Source of the DNA: an uncultured Haloferula sp. | GTDB taxonomy: Bacteria; Verrucomicrobiota; Verrucomicrobiia; Verrucomicrobiales; Akkermansiaceae | DNA: 64,000 nucleotides | Reading direction: 5' to 3' | Assembly (NCBI GenBank): GCA_965652295.1 | Contig: CBFGTS010000010.1 | Coordinates: forward strand, 32,001 to 96,000 | Part shown: positions 9,491 through 19,300 of the stretch, one piece after another | Layout: each line of letters starts with the position of its first letter | Numbering within the stretch: position 1 is the stretch's first letter | Notes under the pieces: model-generated | The model's input: the letters and a program-made list of their open reading frames with translations, nothing else | What the model was told of the DNA's origin: nothing | Databases searched by the model: none | Translations under genes and position numbers: made by a program

Positions 9491-9578
9491 TAGCAATCCG
9501 CGGTATTTATCATTGATCTATTAGTTAGCTTGCATTGGTTTCCCTTGCCCCCCGTCCTCCGTTCCTTGTTGGCTCCCT

Positions 9579-10916
9579 ATGTCCCCGTCTACTCGAGAGA
9601 AATTGAAGTCCACGCGATCCCGTTGTCCGGTATGTCATCAGGACTGCCCGGCGGAGGTGTGGAAAACGGGCTCGGATCGGGGTGAGGTCTGGCTTTCCAG
9701 GACATGTTCGGAGCATGGGGTTCACGAAGCTTGTATCGCCTCGGATGCACGATTCTACTGGCTCGCCAAGGGTCCTCGGGAGAGCGCTGATGAAGAAGGC
9801 TGCGCGTGTGCCTCGTCTCCCGAGGGGCAGGATGGCTGCCTCGGCAGGAATGCCGGGCAGGCGGGAACGCCGGAGAATTTGTCGACCTGCCTCGCGTTGA
9901 TCGAGATCGTGGATTCGTGCAATCTCCAGTGCCCCACCTGCTTCAGTGATGCGCCACCCGGCGGGTTCGGGTCGCGGTTGAAATCCCACGCCTTGCCCCA
10001 GCTGAAATCGAGGATCAACGGCGTGTTGGAGCGCAAGGGGCGGATCGAGATCCTCCAGCTTTCCGGCGGCGAGCCGAGTCTGCACCCGGAGTTGATGGAA
10101 TTGCTGGATTGGGTTCACGAGGAGCCGCGGATCGACTACTGCCTTCTGAACACCAACGGCCTGCGGCTCGCCCGCGAAGAGGCGTTTGCCGCGGAGCTGG
10201 GCGAGCGGGCGCGGCGTGGCGGCTTCCAACTCTATCTTCAGTACGACGGTCCACAGGAGGAAGGGCAGCGAGAACTGCGCGGGCTGGATCTGCGGGAGCT
10301 GAAACACAACGTGATGGAGCGTTGCGAGCGGGAGAGGATTCCTTTCACTCTGGCGATGACGGTCTGTGTGCAGAACCTGCCGCATCTATGGGAAACCATC
10401 GAACTTGGTCTGCGCTTCGACCAGTGCCGGGGAGTGGCGTTCCAACCGATGTTCTCCAGCGGCCGTGGCGGAGCGGATGGGCGGCGGCTCAACGCGGCGG
10501 ATATCATCCTCGGCTGCATCGATCAATCCGCGGGGAAAGTGAGTGAAAAGGACTTCACGCCCTTGCCATGCGGCGACCCGAATTGCGCGATCATCGGCTA
10601 TCTGCTGCGCACGCCTGAGGGCATGCGAAGCATTTCCGAGTTCGTCGATTTCGGGGCTCTGCAAGGGTTCCTCCGTGACAAGGTGCGTTACGAACTCGCC
10701 GATCTGACGCAGTGCGGCTGCGAGAACAGCGAGCTGGGCAAGCTGCTCCATCGCTTCGAGATGGATGAGCGGAACGCCTTCCGGCTGTTCATCAAGCCAT
10801 TCATGGACTCGTGGACCTGGGACGAGGATCGGATCGACCGATGCTGTACGCATGTGATAAGACCCGACGGTCAGCTCGATTCGTTTTGCCGCTACTATGG
10901 AACCCGACCCACCTGA
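9579..10916 (+). CDS. Radical SAM protein, Tes/GDGT-MAS (MJ0619)-like family
   Basis: CNLQCPTC radical SAM motif; N-terminal TRSRCPVC...RTCSEHG; LQLSGGEP; C-terminal FMDSWTWDEDRIDRCCTHVIRPDGQLDSFCRY. Confidence 0.8.
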   Translation: MSPSTREKLKSTRSRCPVCHQDCPAEVWKTGSDRGEVWLSRTCSEHGVHEACIASDARFYWLAKGPRESADEEGCACASSPEGQDGCLGRNAGQAGTPENLSTCLALIEIVDSCNLQCPTCFSDAPPGGFGSRLKSHALPQLKSRINGVLERKGRIEILQLSGGEPSLHPELMELLDWVHEEPRIDYCLLNTNGLRLAREEAFAAELGERARRGGFQLYLQYDGPQEEGQRELRGLDLRELKHNVMERCERERIPFTLAMTVCVQNLPHLWETIELGLRFDQCRGVAFQPMFSSGRGGADGRRLNAADIILGCIDQSAGKVSEKDFTPLPCGDPNCAIIGYLLRTPEGMRSISEFVDFGALQGFLRDKVRYELADLTQCGCENSELGKLLHRFEMDERNAFRLFIKPFMDSWTWDEDRIDRCCTHVIRPDGQLDSFCRYYGTRPT

Positions 10917-11256
10917 ACCCCCTCCGGAGCCGCCGGCAAACGCGGCGATCGGCTGGCTGCGTTTCATCATCTGGCTGGTTCCCGCCGGGGTGGCGGTCGC
11001 GCTGGTGTTTGTGTCCGGCTATCTCGGTCAACGTTTCGGTTTTCCCGGGGCAGGGATGGGGTTGTGGCTCCTGGTCTGGGCTGGAGTAACGTACGCCATC
11101 GGGTGGTTCGATGCCCAGTTCTCCAGACGGCGGGCCCGCAATGGCGTCCCGGTGTGGGGCCATGCCGCGACGTTTGTGATGTTGCAGCTTCTCGTGGTAC
11201 CGGCCGTGGGTGGTTTTCTTCTATTCGGAGTGTGTGTCTTCAGCGGTGCTTTCTGA
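10897..11256 (+). CDS. Small 3-TM membrane protein with C-terminal LLFGVC
   Basis: Three hydrophobic segments; overlaps the radical SAM gene by 20 nt and ends 3 nt before the next start. Confidence 0.7.
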   Translation: MEPDPPEPPPEPPANAAIGWLRFIIWLVPAGVAVALVFVSGYLGQRFGFPGAGMGLWLLVWAGVTYAIGWFDAQFSRRRARNGVPVWGHAATFVMLQLLVVPAVGGFLLFGVCVFSGAF

Positions 11257-11259
11257 GCC

Positions 11260-11943
11260 ATGCCTGCGTTCACCGGTTCTCCTGTGTATGCGGCGCTGGT
11301 GCTCGGCGGCATCGGACTCGGGGCCGTGTATTGGTTTTTCCAGGCGCGGGATGACGGTCGCATCCCCTTGATTTACCTCGGTGGCTTGGTCGGGGCGTTT
11401 GCCGGAGCCAAGCTGGCCTACCTCGGAGCAGAGGGGTGGTTGCACGCCGGGGAGCCTGGGCGTTGGGCGCTGTGGCTTTCGGGCAAATCCATCACCGGCG
11501 CGTTGCCCGGAGGCTGGGCGGGGGTGGAGATCACCAAGCGTTTCGTCGGCTACCGCGGCATCACCGGCGATCGCTTCGCGCTGCTCCTGCCGGTTCCCTT
11601 GGCTCTGGGGCGGCTCGGATGCCTCGACGCCGGGTGTTGTCGCGGGCTCGACGGCTGGCCGGCGGTGCCGGTGGAGATCGGATTTCAGCTTCTGATGCTG
11701 GGCGTTCTGATGCTCCTGCGAGCGCGGCAATGGCTGCCGGGGCAGCATTTCCACTGCTACTTGATCGGCTACGGGCTGTTCCGCTTCGCGCATGAAGCGG
11801 TCCGCGCGACGCCCAAGGTAATTTTCGGGATTTCGGGATACCAGTGGATCTCGCTCGCGGTCGTGCTCGCCGCGGCGGTCGCCTTCCGCCGGAGAATGAT
11901 GAAAAGTCGGATGGCGATAAAATCCGCCCCCACCGCGACGTAG
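11260..11943 (+). CDS. Prolipoprotein diacylglyceryl transferase (Lgt) family paralog
   Basis: Multi-TM; GKSITGALPGG, TGDRF, LGRLGCLDAGCCRG and YGLFRFAHEAVR resemble the Lgt signature regions. Confidence 0.75.
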   Translation: MPAFTGSPVYAALVLGGIGLGAVYWFFQARDDGRIPLIYLGGLVGAFAGAKLAYLGAEGWLHAGEPGRWALWLSGKSITGALPGGWAGVEITKRFVGYRGITGDRFALLLPVPLALGRLGCLDAGCCRGLDGWPAVPVEIGFQLLMLGVLMLLRARQWLPGQHFHCYLIGYGLFRFAHEAVRATPKVIFGISGYQWISLAVVLAAAVAFRRRMMKSRMAIKSAPTAT

Positions 11944-11950
11944 GGGGCGC

Positions 11951-13078
11951 ATGCAAAACATGATGGCGTGGGCTTCCGGCTCATTCGTGATGGCGGCTTC
12001 CGTCTTCGGCGGGGAGGTCCAGGGCATTGAAGGCGATCTCCACCAGAAGCGTGCGGCGGAGGTCATGGAGCACCTCGAGGAAAACTACTACAATCGCCGG
12101 AGCGACCTTTACTCCGACAAGCCCGGCGGAGAGGGAGCGGCCACGGTTTGGGGTGCGGGGGTGATGTTCTCCGCGCTGGCCGGCGGTGCCCGCCACGACA
12201 AGGATCACGAGCGGGGGATGCGGCGCTACTTCAAGGCGCTCGACCGCTACTGGGACACGCAGGTGGAGATCCCCGGCTACGAGCCGCTGCCGACGCAGGG
12301 GGGCGGCAATGACAAATACTACGACGACAACGCATGGATGGTGCTGACCTTTCTCGAAGCCTACGACATCACCGGCGAGAAACGCTATCTTGAGCGTGCG
12401 GAAGAGTCGCTGGAGTTCGTCCTGAGCGGCTGGGACGAGCAGCTGGGCGGCGGCATCTGGTGGCACGAGGGGCACAAGGATGGCAGCAAAAACACCTGCG
12501 CCAACGCGCCCGCCGCGCTGGGTTGCTACCGGCTTTCCCAATACATGGCCGGCGAGCGTCGGGCCGAGCTGATCGAGTGGGGAAACAAAATCGTCGCCTG
12601 GACCGTGAAGCAGTTCCAAGGCGATGACCTGTTGTTCGAGGATGCGGTGGTCGTGGCCACCGGCAAGGAGAACAAAGGCAAGCTGACCTACAACACGGCG
12701 TTGATGATCCGGAACTTCATCGCGCTCTACGGCCTGACCGGCGAGCGGGCTTACCTTGAGGAAACCCTCCGGACGGCGGACGCCGCGCAGTCGATGATCC
12801 AGGGAAACGGTGCTTACCGCGACAAGTGGCGGTGGTCCCACCTGCAGGTCGAGGCGGATATCGAGCTCTACCGGCTCACCGGCACCGAACGTTACCTCAA
12901 GCGAGCGGTCGATACCGCGGCGCATCATTACCAGGTCTGGAAGGAGAGCCCGCCCGAGGAGATGATCGACATCGCCTCGCTGGCCCGCGAGCTGTGGCTG
13001 CTGGCCGATCTTGAAACGGCCGCGGGACGGGCGTTCTGGGAGCGGGTGGACCGATGGAAACCTGCGGAGGGCGGTTGA
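11951..13078 (+). CDS. Glycoside hydrolase family 76 (alpha-1,6-mannanase-like)
   Basis: YYDDNAW catalytic Asp pair, GGGIWW, KNTCANAP, LTYN. Confidence 0.85.
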   Translation: MQNMMAWASGSFVMAASVFGGEVQGIEGDLHQKRAAEVMEHLEENYYNRRSDLYSDKPGGEGAATVWGAGVMFSALAGGARHDKDHERGMRRYFKALDRYWDTQVEIPGYEPLPTQGGGNDKYYDDNAWMVLTFLEAYDITGEKRYLERAEESLEFVLSGWDEQLGGGIWWHEGHKDGSKNTCANAPAALGCYRLSQYMAGERRAELIEWGNKIVAWTVKQFQGDDLLFEDAVVVATGKENKGKLTYNTALMIRNFIALYGLTGERAYLEETLRTADAAQSMIQGNGAYRDKWRWSHLQVEADIELYRLTGTERYLKRAVDTAAHHYQVWKESPPEEMIDIASLARELWLLADLETAAGRAFWERVDRWKPAEGG

Positions 13079-13182
13079 CCTTGCCGCGTTTTTGCCCCCG
13101 CCCTTTGGAGGGGGTGGTGCGGCGCTTCTTGATCGGCCGGGGATCGCGCTCCACGTTGTCCGAGCCCACCGCGGCTCCTTTG

Positions 13183-16100
13183 ATGAAATCCAGTCTGTTT
13201 CTTTCCCTGGTCGGAGTGCTTTTTTGCGCGCCAGCTTCCGGCCAGTCGGTCTCTCCGTATTTCCCCGATGACGGGACGGTGGTGCTCTATCACCTTGATG
13301 AGGCAGCGGGGGCAATCGGAGTAATGGACGCGGCGGGGAACCTCGACGGCGTGAGTACGTTCGGGGAGACGCCGCTTTCGGTCTTCGACGGCGGCGAGGG
13401 CTTTCCGGGTTTCGGCGGAGCCGCCGGCAATGTGGCAGGGGCGGGGATCGGAGTGGATGTGAATGCCGACGGGGTTTTCCGCTACGATGACTCCGGGGCG
13501 GCGGACCAGTTCGATACGTTCGGTCGCTTGGGCAGCGCCTTCACGCTGGAAGCGATGATCAAGGTGCCTTCGATCACCTCCGGGTCCCCCCAGCACATCT
13601 GGGGCCTCGATGGAGCCTTGAGCCGTGCGTTGCAGTTCCGGATCAACGGCGACGGCGTGCTCAATTTCGACCCGGTGGATGGCGGAGGAGCGGCGGTGAC
13701 CGCCGACCTCGCCTCGCTGACCGGCACGCATGCCTTCGCGGCCGACGAATGGTTTCACGTGGCCGCCGTCTACGACAACGGCATGGTGAGCCTCTACTGG
13801 ACCCGCGTGGGTGCCGCCACCGAGGCGAATCTCATCGGCACGGGGGTCACCGCGGTGGCCTTCCAGTCGGACGATTCGCCGCTGGTTCTCGGAAACGAAG
13901 GTCGCTCGTTCGGCGGCATGGGCGAGGCGCTGCTGGGGCGGATCGATGAGGCGCGCGTCAGTGGGATCGCGCGGGCGGCGAACGAGTTCATTTTCGACAG
14001 CGTGAAGCTCCACAGCGCGAACTCGTATGAAACGGGCAGCACGAATTTTCCGGAAAACACGCGCGACGGTGATCTGAATACCCGTTGGTCGGCTTTCGGC
14101 GATGGCGAGTGGATCGCGTACGATCTGGGAAAGGCGCGGGTGGTCACGGCGGTGGACGTCGCCTTTTTATCCGGAGACGTGCGGACCTCATCGTTCGACA
14201 TCGAGCTTTCCATGGATGGAGTGGCTTGGACGCCCGTGCTGCCCGGCGCGGTGAGCAGCGGCAGCACGCTCGCGGCGGAGACCTTCGTCCTCCCGGCGAA
14301 TCAGGTGGGGCGTTACGTGCGCTATGTGGGCCACGGGAATTCCGTGAACGGCTGGAACAGTCTCACCGAGCTGGATGTTCAGAGTGCCCCCGTTTCCGAT
14401 ACCGACCAGGACGGGCTGCCGGACGAATGGGAGCAGCAGCTTGTGGCGGCGGACCCGGACGACGCGATCGAGACGATCGCCGACGTGCTGCCGGACGATG
14501 ATTTCGACAGCGACGGGCAGAGCAATCTGGAGGAATACCGCGCCGGCAGCGACCCGGCGGTGGTGGATGGCGACCGGGATACGGACGGCGACGGCCTGCC
14601 CGATCTTTGGGAAATGAACACCCTCGGCAGTCGCGAGCAGAACGCCTTCGACGACGCGGATAGCGACGGCTTCACGAACGTCGCCGAGTACCTGGCGTCC
14701 ACCGATCCGCTGGATCCAGGCTCGAAGCCGACGTGGAAACCTCCGGCGGTCGGCTTCATGGCCGCCTCGGAAGTGGCCGCCGATGCCTGCATCATGCCGG
14801 CGAACGCGACGTACGGCCGCGCGATCAACGGACTCTCGTTCCAGGACCAGATCCTCCACACGTTCAACGGCTACCAATACACCGCCTACTACGACAGCAT
14901 CGACAGCGTTCAACGGGTGGTGCTGGCACGGCGGACGGTCGATGGTGCGGCGGTGGGCGAGTGGGAACTCCACCCGACCGACTCGGAGTTCACCCGTGGC
15001 GACGAGAGTTCGTGGGACGCCCACAACGTCATCGCCTTCGGGATTTGTGAAACCGATGGCTCGCTCCATTTCTCATGGGATCACCACGGCCACACGCTGC
15101 GCTACCGGCGGTCGATCGCCGGGCTGTGCACGACGAATACCGCCGCCTGGGGTGATGGCATGCTGCTCGCCGAACAGAACTGGATGACCGCCCCCGGCGA
15201 GACCCTCACCGACGTCACCTACCCGCAGTTCGTTTCCACGCCCGCGGGCGGGCTCACCTTTGTCTGGCGAAACGGCAGCTCGGGCAACGGCGACCAGTTC
15301 TTTTCCCACTACGTTCCTGGTAGCGAGAACTGGGCTGACCCGGTCCTCTTCATCCAGCGCGGGGGAAACTACAACGGCTCGACCTCCCGCTGCCCTTACA
15401 TCAACGGCTTCGACTATTCGCCCGACGGGACCATGCACGTCTCGTGGACCTGGCGCGAGGGAGCCGGTTCCTCGAATCACGATATCTGCTACGCCTACTC
15501 GGAGGATGCCGGCGTGACCTGGAAAAACACCGCCGGGAGCGTCGTGGCGGACACCGGCACGGGCGGCTTCATCAGCCTTGATTCGCCGGGCATCGCCTTC
15601 AAGCCGACGGATCTGAACCAGCTCCTCATCAACCAGCAGACCCAGTGCGTGGACAGCGAAGGCCGGGTTCACGTGATGATGCTCCATCGCCGCGAGGACC
15701 CGGGATACGAATATCCGAACGTCACCACCGCCGTGTATTCGACGCTGGCCACGGCCTACTATCATTACGTTTTGGAGCCCGGCACCGGAAAATGGCAGCA
15801 GCGCAGGATTCCGCCGGACCTTTATCCCGTCGGGTCCAGGCCTTCAATCGGTCACGATGCCGAGGGCAATGTCTATGCCGCGTTCACCACCTACCCGGCC
15901 GGCACCAGCGTGTTTCCCGGCTACACCTCGGGGCAGTTGGCGATCGCAAGTGCCTCGAAAACCTCGCAGTTCACCGATTGGAAGGTGCTCCAGGTGGTCG
16001 AGACGTCGAACCAGTTCACCGGAGAACCGTTGATCGATCAGGCCCGCCTGTCCCGCGACCGCGTGTTCAGCGTTTATCTCCAGGAAAGCAGCCCGTCGGA

Positions 16101-16386
16101 CTCTGCGGGAGCCACGCCCCTGCGGGTATTCGAGTTCGCGGTGGACGTCGCGGAACCCCCGCTTCCGGGTTCGGCCGCCATCTCCACGATCGGCGACGAC
16201 ATCCTCGTGACCACATTCGGAGAAAGCGGCTCCAGCTATCAACTCCAGTCGGGAACGGACCTCGTGACCGACTGGCAGAACATCGGCACCAGCTACGCGG
16301 GGAATGGCGGACTCATCGCGGCCCCCCATATCGACGGCTGGACGTCGTCGCGGCGGTTCTACCGCTTCGAAGTGACGGTGCCCTGA
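13183..16386 (+). CDS. Secreted multidomain protein: LamG + discoidin (F5/8) + DxDxDG repeats + BNR-4 repeat domain + C-terminal motif
   Basis: Signal peptide from MKSSLF; WFHVAAVYD...GRIDEARVS; DGDLNTRWSA...WIAYDLG; DTDQDGLPDEWE; DAHNVIAFG, HFSWDHH, VTYPQF, NHDICYAYS; ends RRFYRFEVTVP. Confidence 0.8.
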   Translation: MKSSLFLSLVGVLFCAPASGQSVSPYFPDDGTVVLYHLDEAAGAIGVMDAAGNLDGVSTFGETPLSVFDGGEGFPGFGGAAGNVAGAGIGVDVNADGVFRYDDSGAADQFDTFGRLGSAFTLEAMIKVPSITSGSPQHIWGLDGALSRALQFRINGDGVLNFDPVDGGGAAVTADLASLTGTHAFAADEWFHVAAVYDNGMVSLYWTRVGAATEANLIGTGVTAVAFQSDDSPLVLGNEGRSFGGMGEALLGRIDEARVSGIARAANEFIFDSVKLHSANSYETGSTNFPENTRDGDLNTRWSAFGDGEWIAYDLGKARVVTAVDVAFLSGDVRTSSFDIELSMDGVAWTPVLPGAVSSGSTLAAETFVLPANQVGRYVRYVGHGNSVNGWNSLTELDVQSAPVSDTDQDGLPDEWEQQLVAADPDDAIETIADVLPDDDFDSDGQSNLEEYRAGSDPAVVDGDRDTDGDGLPDLWEMNTLGSREQNAFDDADSDGFTNVAEYLASTDPLDPGSKPTWKPPAVGFMAASEVAADACIMPANATYGRAINGLSFQDQILHTFNGYQYTAYYDSIDSVQRVVLARRTVDGAAVGEWELHPTDSEFTRGDESSWDAHNVIAFGICETDGSLHFSWDHHGHTLRYRRSIAGLCTTNTAAWGDGMLLAEQNWMTAPGETLTDVTYPQFVSTPAGGLTFVWRNGSSGNGDQFFSHYVPGSENWADPVLFIQRGGNYNGSTSRCPYINGFDYSPDGTMHVSWTWREGAGSSNHDICYAYSEDAGVTWKNTAGSVVADTGTGGFISLDSPGIAFKPTDLNQLLINQQTQCVDSEGRVHVMMLHRREDPGYEYPNVTTAVYSTLATAYYHYVLEPGTGKWQQRRIPPDLYPVGSRPSIGHDAEGNVYAAFTTYPAGTSVFPGYTSGQLAIASASKTSQFTDWKVLQVVETSNQFTGEPLIDQARLSRDRVFSVYLQESSPSDSAGATPLRVFEFAVDVAEPPLPGSAAISTIGDDILVTTFGESGSSYQLQSGTDLVTDWQNIGTSYAGNGGLIAAPHIDGWTSSRRFYRFEVTVP

Positions 16387-16387
16387 C

Positions 16388-19300
16388 TCAGCGCTGCTCC
16401 ACCACCAGGCGGAAGAAGGCGCGGCTGCCGGTGGCGCTGGCACGGACCTCCCAGCCGCCGTCCGATGGCAGCAGCGAAGCGTTTGTCGCCGGAGCCCAGC
16501 TGCCGGCCGAAAGATCGGGCGAGGTTTCCATGGCGTAAATGAGATCGTCGCGCAGCGCGGGCAGCTGGATGACCGTGGCAGCCCCGCCATTTTCCGGCGT
16601 GATGTTGAAGAAAGGCGGGTTGGACCCGCCCATGGGCGGCGTACCGAGGGCGTATTCGATGAGGTTCGCCACGCCATCGCCGTCGGCATCGTCCGCCGGG
16701 CCTGCGAGGTCGGGCGGTAGCGAGGCGTTCTCGGCCCAGCCGGCGAAGGATGCCAAGGTCTCGGGGGTGCCGGGCGAGGCGGTCGCGGCCGTCCAGTTGA
16801 TGGCGTCGTTCCCGTAAGCGAAGACGTTGATTCGTTCGAGCGTGGAACCGCTCCCGTCGGCGGCCACCGGCCAGGGTTCAACATCGGAAAAATTCACGCG
16901 ATCCACGCGGACGTATTGGCGGACCAGCAGGTCATCGAGGTCGGAAGGCAGGCCGATCTCCAGGGTTTCGCCGCTGTTGCTGAGGCCGCCGGTAAGCCAC
17001 TGGAACACCTGGGTGCCGTCGGGCGCTCCATAGGCGGAGTTGAACGCGGCGATGCTCCGCGTCAGAATGATCCGTTCACCGGGCTGCATGGTGACGGGAG
17101 TGAGGGAAGGAAAGGTGAACACGACGCCCTGGGTGACGGCCCAGGGCGCGCCGCGGCCGGGGTCGTAGAGCGTCACCGGAGCATCCGAGACATTGAGCAG
17201 TTCGAAGAATTCGGCATCCGCGTTGGCCGCGGGGTGGTACATGATTTCACTGATGACGATCGGTCCGACTTTCGGCAGCGGATTGGCCGCGCCGGGAGTC
17301 GGGGTTCTCATGGCGACGAAGTTGAAGGTGGAGCTACTGGCTTTGAAGTAGCGCCCGAAGCTCACATCGGGTTCGGCGGCGCCAAAATCCTCGGATTCAT
17401 GGTATTCGAGCTCAAGTTCCGTGGCCGGACGGTAGAGATGCACCGTCTCGCCCAGCGCGCTGAGGGCGAAAGGATTGATCGCGCCGGGATCGACGCTGAC
17501 GGAGCCGAAGTGATCCGCCTCGGTGAAAACCCGGTAGCCGCCGGCGGGAATCTCGGTGCCATCGGCGATCCGGTATTTCATGAGGTCGGTCCCACTGTCG
17601 CTCAGATACCAGCCGCCCAGGTCGATCGCTTCACTGCCTTGGTTGTGAAGCTCGATCCAGTCGGCACCGGTCGGCGAGGAGGAGAGAACCTCGTTGATCA
17701 CGATGACGCTCGGCGGCAGGAACGGGTAGTCGAGCGGATCGTAGACGTAGGCCATCCCGATGTCGGTGCGTGAGAGGTCCGGATCGAGGATGTGGAAGGG
17801 ATCGCCCGCGTCGATGGCAGGAGAAAACAGCTGCAGCGAGAAATCGTAGACGCCGGGGCTCACGAAAAGCGGGTCCGCAAGCAGGTTGCCGACGCCGGCG
17901 AGCGGCAGGGTGTCGGACAGCGAGTAGGCGACGGAGAGGGTGGAAAGCGCGTCGACGGTCACCGGTGCCAGCTTGGAGCGGGAGAAAATGCAATTCGTCA
18001 CGATGCCGGTGCCACCGCCCGCGCCGGGATTCTTTTCGTAGGCGGAGACACCGACATCGTTCCGGGCGAAGGTGTTTTGATCGATGGTGGCCGCGGATCC
18101 GGCGTCCTTGATGCCGACGCCGAGGGCGCAGCCTACGATGAGATTCTGGCGCATCACGACCTCGGAACCCTGACCGACGGAGACGCCTTTGTCCGAGTTG
18201 TTGTAGATACGGTTTTTCTCGACGAGGAGATTCACGCAGCCCTCGCCGACGTCGATGCCGTCGCTGTTGTCACCGCGGAAATTGTAGATGCGGTTGTCGC
18301 GGATGATGCCATCGGTCACGCCGTCATAGTCGATGGCATCGGTATCCACCGAGATGTTTCCGGTGAAGGTGCAACGTTCGGTGTGGGCACTGCCGGTTTT
18401 CACGTTGATACCGTCGCCGGTGAAGGTGATGTGGATGCGGCTGTCGAGCAGCGTGGTCGACCCGTGGCGGGCGAAGACCGGCTGCGGACCTTCGATGTCG
18501 ATGTGATCCAGCACGAGATCCGCATGATATCCCGAAATCGCGGCCTTGAGGTGGAGCGGATCGAGGCGGCTCACACTGGCTCCGCGGATGACGGCGTGGC
18601 TGAGGGTGGAAACCGTCGATGTCTCGAAGAAGCCGAGATTGCCCCACCGGGCTCCGTTGCGGGATGTGAAGTGGATCGGGTCGGCCTCGCTGCCAAGCGC
18701 CAGCAAGGTGCCGTGGACGAGCATCGAGGAACCGGCGGTGAAGGCGATGGTGACGCCTGGGTCGATGGTGAGGGTGGCTCCGGTTTCCACGACGAGATCG
18801 CCGTCCACCACATAGGGCGAGTCCGCTGCGGTGAGCTGCATCGCGCTGGTGATGGCGGGTGGCATCACCGTTTCCGTCCCCGCGGTGAAGTGGGCGGTGA
18901 GGGCGAGCGCGCCGGTGAGGTTGAGGGTGCGCACCGCCTCGGTGGAACCATCGCTCCAGGCGCTGAACGTGTAGCCCGGGGCGGCTTCGGCGACGAACTC
19001 GACCGGAGTGCCTTGAAAGAGGTTCACACTCGGGTTGTAGGCCGGCAGCATCGGCACGCCGGCAATGCGGATGCTGCCGCCCGCGGCAGGCGAGGCGGCG
19101 AAGCTGAGAGCAGCCATCGGGCGGCTGATCCCCAGCTCGGTTTGCAGGCGGCTGATGGCGCTGGACGGGCGGTTGGCGACGAATTCCTTGATCTCTTCGA
19201 GTTGGGTCTGGCGGGTGGCGGCGTTGAAGCCGCCCGCCGCATTCCAGCGCGCGATGTGGCGGGCGATTTCCGGCTCCTGCTCGGAGACGAGGGCGTCGAG

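Noticed and set aside
9440..9560. Intact tRNA gene
   Set aside because: Only a ~16-nt 3' end is present; no TTCG T-loop or cloverleaf.
14395..14720. Repeated GACxxxGACGGC motifs as a DNA repeat array
   Set aside because: They encode DxDxDG calcium-binding protein repeats, not a DNA-level array.
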